This document shows positions 53,430-64,000 of a stretch of 64,000 bases of DNA, in pieces (position 1 is the first letter of the stretch; every line of letters begins with the position of its first letter). The notes under the pieces were generated by a model that was not told where the DNA came from, ran no database searches, and saw only the letters and a list, made by a program, of their open reading frames with translations. This DNA is from Eledone cirrhosa (taxonomy: Eukaryota), in assembly GCA_964016885.1 (NCBI GenBank), contig OZ024742.1, forward strand, positions 16,926,001 through 16,990,000. Reading direction: 5' to 3'. The position numbers and the translations under genes were made by a program.

Positions 53430-53716
53430 GTGTAGGACACGAGGATATAGAGAGCGCTCTCAGGGTAGTAAGCCAAACTCGCACGTGGTGAAGAATCTGC
53501 TAAAAGCCAAACTTCTACGAAGTGAAGAGAATCTGCTGACCGTTGCTGGACACGTATATAGTGGTAGAACACTGGAAGGTAATATCCGTAGAGGTAGAGC
53601 ACTCAGTCCATGGGACGAGTTAGGTAGAAGTGCTTACACAACAGTTAGTTCACCATACCGAGAACAATTGTTTCACCTTAGCGGATCCTCAGCTCGTAAT
53701 GGACATGGTTATACGG

Positions 53717-53766
<50 letters not shown>

Positions 53767-53769
<3 letters not shown>

Positions 53770-54366
53770 TGGCTGCCAACTCGTTTTCGAGTACGGCCAC
53801 TACTTTATATGTAGGAGAACCCCTACCGATGCGCTGAACAAGTGTGACGTTTTAGTCCAGCCAGCGACTTGAAAACTCTGGTACAAACGCTACACTTGTG
53901 ACAATTATTGACACATAGTGCTGGGTGCATGGTACCATGTGATGACAAGTGCAGAGAGATCTCCAGATATAAAGCAATGCCTGTGCCGTGAAGCTTTTAT
54001 AGTGAGGAAAGGCACTGCACAAAACCAGTCCCACTCTCTTAACCAAGATGATATTTAGCAAAAAGAAGAACAAGTCAACATCATTGGATACCATCAGGGT
54101 TGCAGGTGTTATATCAGAGTTTTCCTTCTCCTAGAATTCTGCCTTGACAAAGGCTAAGGGGTCATCTCCCCCGGTGATTTTGGATGGCCATTGATTCTTA
54201 AGAGCTCCTTTGCTCTTTGACAGGTTTTGTTTTTAGTCCTGCAGGATGTCCAAAGTCACCCTCCTCACCAAGAAACCTTGGTGGGGTTGCCAGTTTAGTC
54301 GCCAACGACTCGACCATGGGACAGGTTGTACTGGGATACATGTTACCAGTAGCACCAACTGGTGAC

Positions 54367-54368
<2 letters not shown>
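53767..54368 (-). mobile_element. Interspersed repeat continuing into a LINE 5'-UTR-like segment
   Basis: 53767-54098 matches 42134-42470; minus-strand GGAGAAGGAAAACTCTGA resembles RTE 5' UTRs. Confidence 0.55.
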
Positions 54369-54424
<56 letters not shown>

Positions 54425-55057
54425 AGTATATATATATATATCTTATGTGTGTGTGTGCGTGTGTGTATGTGGGTGTGGGTGTGTGTGTACGTGGATGTGT
54501 GTGTGAGGGTATGGGTGTGGGTGTGCGTGTGGTGTGTGGGGTGTGAGTGGGTGGGGGGTGTATGTGTTGGTGTGTATGGGTGTGTGTGTGTATGTATGTA
54601 TATGTGTGTGTACGTGTGTGTGTGTACGTGTGTGTGCTAATATATGTGTGTGTGTGTATGCAGGAGATATCCCTTAAACAAATACAAGTTGTATATGAAT
54701 ACATCCGTGGCCAATCATGTTTCTCTATGGAAGCTAAATTATTAAATGAATTCATCTGACAAGAGTCAGAATATCCGTAAATCTCGAATCATTCATCAAC
54801 ATATTTCACTATATGTATCTATTTACCTGTAATTTGTCCATACAGTAGTTTAACTCCAATTCTATTTGACCCGAATATACCATAACGATGTATGACACGA
54901 CAAACTTATAGTTTCCTTGAAACAGCTTAATGAGAACTACAATAAGGCCCTCAAGAATTTCTAGAATAAAACCTATATTCACACACATGCCTACACAAAT
55001 TCACACACACGTACTGGCATAGATATATACGTGTGTATATATATGTATGTATGTATG

Positions 55058-55127
<70 letters not shown>

Positions 55128-55148
55128 TATAAATACAAATACACACAC

Positions 55149-55193
<45 letters not shown>

Positions 55194-55216
55194 AATACAA
55201 ATGCACACACATGCAC

Positions 55217-55262
<46 letters not shown>

Positions 55263-55277
55263 TTCTATATTTTTGAT

Positions 55278-55344
<67 letters not shown>

Positions 55345-56314
55345 CACACAATATATTGCAAGTATGTATAGGTGATTGTGTGTCCATCAGTATTCGTGCT
55401 TGTCTCTAGTTGTGAATAGATTCGTTCAATCTTGTTCATTGATTGTCTCATTGCCAGTGAATTGAACCATTTTCGCGGTGATAAAGCCGCTAAATAGTCC
55501 AAGATATCGGGTTTTATTACCGCCGTTTATCTCTCTTACTCTATGCTGCTTCGTTTATTACGTTGGACGAGCAGGATATTATTTGGAATTCGATAAGAAT
55601 GGCAAGATAATAGATAAGATTCGATTCCAAAATATTCATAGTGTTCAGACAACAATTACGTACTAAAATTATTTGAACTTTTCCGCTATAAAAAATAAGT
55701 CTTATCTTCTTAAAAATCCTAGAACGCATCCTAGTCATACATAAGTGCATTTGCCAACTAACGTTTTAGGCGGCTTATATCTGATGTCATTTAGTGCAAA
55801 TACGTTTTATGTTTTTAAATAGCAAAAATCTTTGATTTTCAAGACGCCACATATCTATATACCAGCTTCCTCGTCACACGATCGACGACATCTATCACCT
55901 GGCTAACATTATGTAGACTTCACGCCTACATTTAATTGAAGTTTAAAATTTCGAGATTCAATTTATGTTTTATATTTTTTACTAGATTTAAATAATTATT
56001 ACACCAATTCTTTTCTAAGAAATAACATATTTCAGCCATTCATCGTCAAATGAATCATGGATCAATATTTTACATTACTCCATAAATATAATATATATAA
56101 ATAATCGCATGTAACTCCTGATATTCCCTATATGCAAATATATCGAACCATAGAGGAAAGATTATTGAATCCAGATTGAATAGATCAGTTTCTTCTCCAT
56201 TCTAAGAGACCGAAAAACTTTCCTATGCATAATTTTCCAGCGAGGTTATAATATATGAATACACACATAAACCCACACACATACATACATACATACATAC
56301 ATACATACATACAT

Positions 56315-56361
<47 letters not shown>

Positions 56362-56367
56362 AAAAAT

Positions 56368-56559
56368 GTCAGGACCCCGACGGCTGAGCTCCGGCCGTTT
56401 CGACAGCTAGATCCGCACTTGCGTGTGCGGATCTAGCTGTCGAAACGGCCGGAGCTCAGCCGTGGGGGCCCTGACTTTTTTCTATTACCCACTCTACTAC
56501 CCTAGGTATCAAATACTTTGGTGCGTTATGGTCCACCTGGTATCTTATCACACTTTCTT

Positions 56560-56565
<6 letters not shown>
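56368..56565. mobile_element. Foldback fragment of a PLE3-related tail (3' half of HHR)
   Basis: Hairpin 56381-56418/56424-56463 containing GAAAcggc..gccgTC; downstream similar to the reverse of 16441-16530. Confidence 0.75.
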
Positions 56566-56611
<46 letters not shown>

Positions 56612-56649
56612 CACTAAGGGAATATATATGTATATATATAACACTAAGG

Positions 56650-56731
<82 letters not shown>

Positions 56732-58794
56732 CCTTAGTGTTTGTTTACTCAAAACTATTGAAACTCAAAATTGAATGCTTTTTCGCCAGGCAAAAAACTT
56801 AAGAAAATGTTTGAAGCGGCATTATTAATCCTATCAACTTAGGCATAATCCAATGTGTTTTTCTCTTCCAAGCAGTGACTCGATCTTCATCGATTATAAC
56901 ATTTGACGATGTAAAATGTGGTCACTGCAATATTGCTATACTTCGATTAAGGTAAGACGTAGTTATATTTCTACACCTGACACTCACAACATCACATAAA
57001 CCGATGTTTTATTATGTTTTTAGTAAAATCTGGAATATTATTTAATAATACCATCACCATAATTGTAAATATCCAGGATAAACTCATTGGCTTCCGCAAA
57101 CTACGTGATTAATTAATATGCTTTTTGCAAACAATGTATCAATACCTCTCAAGCGGTTTGTAAAGTAGTGTACGACAAAAGTTGTGGTGGAATGGCTCAC
57201 TTTACATCGAAGGGGTTTTGAGTTGGACAACATTGATAAGTGTCAGCTACAGTTTAAGTTGCACTTTAGATATGTAAGTGACATCTAATAACGGAAAGTG
57301 AGGAAGGGTCGAACGGAGGCAGCTTTCCTTTTCTGAAGTAGTAATGTTAAGCCATCGTCCGGATTCACACAACAATTTGATATTCAGGGGTTAACTGTGT
57401 TACAAACCTTCAGGACAGATATCGGATCTGAGGATAACATGCTGCCATCTACGAATCTCAGGAAATGTAGAAATGGTTATAAGTAACTCCTATCATCCTA
57501 TCATTAACCATAAACATTCAAAAAGTATTATGGAATACTCAACATCTGTGATATTAATCATTGTTGTGGTTGTTGCTTCGCCTTATGCCAGATTTATGAG
57601 GAAATATTTTCCAGCTCTGACCACAAAGTTTTGCCTCCAGATTTAGTTTATTTATGATTAAAGTACACAATAAAGGGCAACAGGCATGATTTTATTAAAT
57701 GCCCATGTGACATTATCCAATTATTTTGTTAATGGTTTAACTCTGGATGCTCTGTCGTATTATTTCGTTTATTAAATGTGAACACACTGCAGGTATGTAT
57801 GTTAATTCACACCAATCACCAATTTGTTCAATTTCGCAAACCCGACAAGACTAGAAGAGGTGCCAGTTACTCGACTCGTCGTAACTACGGTACAGGGTTG
57901 TTAGACTTTTCTTGAGAACAGTCTCACAAATATCTGCTGACCGTAACACTACCCTTCACCAGCAACTTGTTCTCTAGCAGAACAACTCTGCTGAAAAGTT
58001 TAAAATAGCGTCGTAAAACTATATAGGCTTAAACTTATTTCAGCAGTGTAATCTGCAGCAAACCTTTAGAGCAATTCCTTTTTTCTTTTTGCATATATAA
58101 AATGGTAAAGTATCCGCTCTAGAAAACATTACATAATTGAAATTATTTTCTAAATGAATAACTCACGTAAAATAAAAAGCCAGGACAGAACGTCGAAATA
58201 TTGATTTTTAATTTAGACACAAAACTAGCAATTTTGTGTGGAGGGGTAAGTCGATTAAACCGACTCCCGTGTATTGACTCCGGAAGGATGAAAGACAGAA
58301 TTGACCTCGGCATCATTTGGACACAGAATGTGAAAGGTCACCTTTAAAGGCCGCAATGCATTTTGTCCGATGTTCTAACGATATATCGAACCCACAAATA
58401 AATTATTTAGTAAAATAAGTAAATTATGGAATGCAGTGGAGAGTTATTCTGATCTTTAGTAGCACAGTGACAACTCTGGACATGTTTAGATTTTATCAAA
58501 CTTCATCAGGGGAACTCAATCTTACTGCAACTACATAACCATAAAACTATGAAAGTTATATAGAATAGATATGAATAAACGCAAAGTGGTGTTATAAATA
58601 AAATAATTTATTGCGTCAAAACATAATACTACAGGGGAGGGGTGCTAGTATACTTTACGTAATAAACAAGGACATTTCAATGAAATAAAATGACACCCTT
58701 GGTGATGTGAACATATTTTTTTTACACTAGTAACTCTAGTCAAACAAGCCAACATGATAGCCAACATGATGTTTTCATAATTTATAAATTAGCG

Positions 58795-59275
58795 AGGGTG
58801 CTGGATTGTGAGTATCGGTAGAGCTTCGCACTATATGCTTTACAGCATATAGTTACGGCTTTTTCTAAGTTCAAATCCCGTCGAGGTTGGCTTTGACTTT
58901 CGTCCATACAGGGTCGATAAATTAAAATATCAGTAACGAATAGGGATCAATTTAATAGACTTTCCCCTTCTTAAATATTATTGGACTTGCGTCTAAACCA
59001 GAAACCATTATTTGTGGATTAGCAGTATTGTCAGAACGTCGGACAATTTGCTTTGCGGCATATAGGTACGGGCCTTTACGTCGTGAGTTAAAATTTCACC
59101 GCGGTTAGCTTTGCTTTTAATCCGTACAAGGGCAATAAAATAAAGGACCAGTAACACGCTAAGGCCGATTTAATTGACTTTCCCCTTCCCTTTAATTTAC
59201 TGGCTTTGTGCCAAAAGAAGAAACAATTATTTGTGGATTAGCAGTATTTTCTGTTTTGAGTTCAAATCCCGACGT
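58795..59275 (+). mobile_element. Three tandem SINE A copies
   Basis: Repeated junction GAAAC.ATTATTTGTGGATTAGCAGTATT. Confidence 0.8.
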
Positions 59276-59568
59276 TCATGCTTCGTTACAGGATCAATAA
59301 ACTACTAGGCATGTATTGTGGTGAATGAATTCAGGTTGAGAATGGAATTGTAGTCGACGACTATGAATGAAATCAAAATTGGGCAAATAAATCTAGCTAA
59401 ACTACAAATTACGAGGGGGAAATGTAAGGAAATTACAACCAAAATGACTGAGAATTAGATTAAAGACTAGGTCTAGAGGCGGAGTTCAATGACTTTTAGT
59501 AATTTAGTATCAGATAGTATGAAATAGCAGATCAGATAGTATATATGTGTAAACACCCTTATTATCTA

Positions 59569-59644
<76 letters not shown>

Positions 59645-59656
59645 ATGTATATATAT

Positions 59657-59716
<60 letters not shown>

Positions 59717-59735
59717 GTATATACACACACACACA

Positions 59736-59779
<44 letters not shown>

Positions 59780-59856
59780 ACTTTCTTTCCACTTTTCCAT
59801 ATAAGGCGTGAAACAAATAAGACTTTTAGTATGTCTATTTTGTCGTTTCCTTGAAC

Positions 59857-59897
<41 letters not shown>

Positions 59898-59989
59898 CTG
59901 TGTGAGTGTATTTGTAGTAAGGTTGCTTGTATGCGTCCATAGGCGGTGTGCCGGATGAGCACTCTATGCTCCTTCGGGGCAGAGTATGA

Positions 59990-60245
59990 TAAGATGGAAA
60001 ACGAACAATCAGTGATACATCGGAACACAAATTTATTACGTATTACAATTGTTTCGCCGGCGAACAGTTCGGGGTGCGATCTGTTTGTGGATCGAAACTG
60101 ACTCTGGATTCGCAAGTTCCTCAGATACGTCTAGTGATTTCGAAGCAAATTCTCTTTCTGCTGGACTCCGATCGGAAGGCGAAACAATTGTAATACGTAA
60201 TAAATTGTGTTCCGATGCATCACTGATTCTTCGTTTTCCATATTA
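59990..60245. mobile_element. Palindromic HHR mini-element; HHR 60038-60130 (-) with very long stem II
   Basis: Arms 59994-60057/60179-60241; acgtat-CTGAGGA-~60 nt-GAAA-caattg-TA-atacgt. Confidence 0.8.
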
Positions 60246-60718
60246 TATATGTATGTATAAACGGAATAAATTGCTCAACGTATAATATCTCGAGCTCCAT
60301 AGAAATACACACTCAGTGAAATATCAGTGAAATATCAGTGGTATAATGCAACTGTGTCGTTAATGTCCTGTGGTTACTGCTACGATAATGATGTATCATT
60401 AGAATAGTATTGCTTACAATAATGAGAATCATTTTAATTCTCACCCCTCAGGTAAATATTTTTTAAAATATTCATTAAATACTTGAAGCAAATTCGGGAT
60501 ATAATACATAAAAATATGAATTATATAGTTTTTTAATGTATCTTTATCGACGTTTTTACTTTATAATTTTTTTAAATATTATTTTATTTCGCAGAAAATC
60601 GAGCCAGGAATAAAATGATTTAAATTTCATCTATTATAATTATATTCTTATAATGTATATAATATGTATGTGTGGGAAATTTGAAATGCAGTCATCTCAA
60701 TGCAAATGACTGCAATAA

Positions 60719-60899
60719 TAATTGTTTCTACTTTTGGCACAAGGCCAGCAATTCACCAGTACATTACTGGTACTTTATTTTATCGACTCCGTAAGCATGA
60801 AAGGCAAAGTTAACCTCGACGGGATTTAAATTCAGACCGTAAAGAGACGTAACTCTGCTGGAAAGCATGGTGTCCTACCCTCCACCGATAATGGCAATT
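60719..60899 (-). mobile_element. SINE A
   Basis: Reverse complement of family consensus. Confidence 0.85.
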
Positions 60900-61228
60900 C
60901 AAATAATAATCGATCATCATAAATAATATTTGAGATAATCGGGCGACGGAAATAGGGGACAGAATCGCTTCTTGGATCCCTGGTGACTGCATTACCCATT
61001 ACGTTAATAGATCCCTCGCCACTCACAGTCGTTCTTTAGACGATTGTAAGCCTGTATCTTGTACACCTGTTGGTAGAAGGGTAAACATCCAGTTGAATTA
61101 ACAAGTATTGAGAACATTTTAATTATTCCCAATGCTTTATATTGTATATGATTTCATACATGCCCCAATTAATACATACAAAAATATATATACATGTATG
61201 TATTCATATATGCATATACATATGCATA

Positions 61229-62040
<812 letters not shown>

Positions 62041-62125
62041 GTAATAATAATAAATTTGAAGACTAAAATCCCAAAAGGGCTCGATAAGGATAAATATATA
62101 TCAAATATATAAGAACTGTAGAGCA

Positions 62126-62296
62126 AATATTTGTTAAAATAACAGATTAAAGTTTAAGCAAAGAATCGCTGCTTTCACCCTTAACGGGACCTTTTGAAAC
62201 TAACAAAGATTGACTTCGTTAGTTTCAGAAGATCCCGTTAAGGGTGAAAGCAGCGATTCTTCGCTTAAACTTTAATCTGTTATTTTAATAAATATA
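62126..62296. mobile_element. Palindromic element with variant HHR (CAGAAGA core)
   Basis: Arms 62127-62202/62219-62295; agttt-CAGAAGA-tcccgttaagggt-GAAA-gc..gc-TT-aaact. Confidence 0.7.
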
Positions 62297-62426
62297 TATA
62301 TATATATGCATACATACAAGTATATAAACACTTTATATATATATATATTTCCTCCTTTCCCTCTCTTTCCTTTTTTCTCTCTCCTTTTCCACCTCGCCTT
62401 TTGATTAATAAAAGGCCTCGGGCGCA

Positions 62427-62500
62427 CCCGAACTACACCGATGTCCTGTAATTCAGCGCCGAAACATCGGTTCGGAATACATATACAGCTGACGATGGAA
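62427..62500 (+). ncRNA. Candidate hammerhead with non-standard strand order
   Basis: accgatg-TC-ctgta / cc-GAAA-catcggt / tacag-CTGACGA-tgg; all core motifs present, with complementary stems III and I. Confidence 0.55.
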
Positions 62501-62596
62501 ACTCCTTTCTTCTTCGCTCCTCCTGTTCCGTCCTAACCACCATCCTAAACCTTGTTTTTACTAACCACACAGCTCCTTTCGTTTCATAACTTTTTG

Positions 62597-62647
<51 letters not shown>

Positions 62648-62695
62648 GAGTTATTCCGTAAGTAGGGTAGTCAATAGATAGCAGAGGATAAATGT

Positions 62696-62812
62696 TTTAA
62701 TATAGAAAAGCTTCTACAGGACTAGAACTGATGAGAAATCACCAGTAAACTTCCTGATGACTTCTCATGAATGAAACAGTTCTAGTCCTGTAGAAGCTTT
62801 TCTATATTAATA
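62696..62812. mobile_element. Palindromic HHR mini-element (38-kb family); HHR 62750-62796 (+)
   Basis: cttc-CTGATGA-cttctcatgaat-GAAA-cag..ctg-TA-gaag; inverted arm 62697-62730. Confidence 0.82.
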
Positions 62813-63629
62813 TATATACATATATATATATATATATACTATAAAATTATGTCCATAGAATCATTTGATAATATATATACACCATTTCCTCTCCCAATTA
62901 GCATAATCAACCACACACAAAAACAATTAAACCAGGCTATAAGATTAAAAGGCACCCATGAAGAAATAATAGATAAATAAACGGCAGCCATCTATTCGCG
63001 ATCAACAGCTATAGAACATTTACCCAACATTTCAATAGCACGGGGAAATCGATTAAATATACCGTCAACCATACACAATTAGGTATAAAATTAAAGTTAG
63101 AAGAAAAAAAAGAAATATATATATATATTTGCATACATACAAGCATATAACCACTTTACTTGACGTTGTTACCACTCAGCTGGTAAAATTCATTCAAGTG
63201 TCATTCAAGTCAGACACCATGTCACTCTGCATCATCTCTCAGACCAGTGTTAAAGATGTATTTTTAATAAAAAAAATATTTTTATATTTCCTCCTCCTCT
63301 CACTCTCGTCTATCTTTCTATTTCTTCTATTTCTCATACTAACTTAAAATGAACGGATAATGTCCTAAACATCAAGACTCGTTCCATTTGTATCAAGCGT
63401 CGAACTAATATATATCTTCATTGTACTGTATCGTATTCTTGTCGGGGTCTGGTCTGGCACGTAAACGAAATGAAAGGCCTGAATGAAGGGTAAGTTTAAA
63501 AGTGCTTCCTCCATTGGTAGCATATATATGTTCATGTTAAGTGTATGAGACTTTGTTTACATTACATAACCTCTCTTGCAACAGATCGAGCACTGTTTTC
63601 CTTGGTCTTTCATCTACGGACTTCTACCA

Positions 63630-63701
<72 letters not shown>

Positions 63702-63760
63702 GAAAGTGAGGTTTTTTTTACAAAATGAAAAATAACTGAGGTGTCCTACACGAGTGAAAG

Positions 63761-63973
63761 TATAAGGAAAAAAGATGACATCGAAAATGCAACTGGAGTC
63801 TTTTTTTTTTTAAATATATATTTATTTGGTTCCTTTACCGTTTTCGCAGTTCTTCTGCTTTTGAAAAGCAGAAGAACTGCGAAGAACTGCGAAACGGTAA
63901 AGAAAGCAAATAAATATATATTTTAAAAAAAAAGACTCCAGTTGCATTTTCGATGTCATCTTTTTTCCTTATA
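63761..63973. mobile_element. Palindromic element with possible U3-A8 HHR
   Basis: Arms 63761-63853/63881-63973; ctt-TTGAAAA-gcag..ctgc-GAAA-cgg-TA-aag with a duplicated GAAGAACTGC. Confidence 0.65.
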
Positions 63974-64000
63974 TATATATATATATATTTCGTTTCTGAA

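Noticed and set aside
53428-53720. Non-repetitive ~97-codon open frame between TA arrays
   Set aside because: No motif, no ATG start and no splice donor support
56872-56950. Candidate host exon (AG..VTRSSSIITFDDVKCGHCNIAILRL..GTAAGA)
   Set aside because: Short, no recognisable homology and no partner exons; such signals arise by chance
58472-58512. Further HHR-like cores here and at 40385-40425 (minus strand)
   Set aside because: GAAA or stems too degraded to call

Overview
AT-rich, microsatellite-saturated eukaryotic DNA, most likely coleoid cephalopod (octopus-like; inferred from SINE types and repeat load, not proven). No host protein-coding gene is supportable. The window consists of retroelements: two head-to-tail full-length Tx1/L1-clade LINEs (23.8-35.1 kb, the second with an uninterrupted 1139-aa ORF2), two 5'-truncated relatives in different microsatellites, three decayed Penelope-like elements (PLEs), RTE-type fragments and about 20 tRNA-derived SINEs. 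The ORF track hides more than 20 hammerhead ribozyme (HHR) motifs from about 13 sequence-distinct families, mostly in small non-coding, often palindromic elements inside (TA)n. These include a 310-nt retrozyme-like unit, a U3-A8 covariant family, and a candidate hammerhead at 62.43-62.50 kb (decayed relative at 0.6 kb) whose strand order fits none of types I, II or III. All RNA folds were made by eye and need computational and biochemical confirmation.
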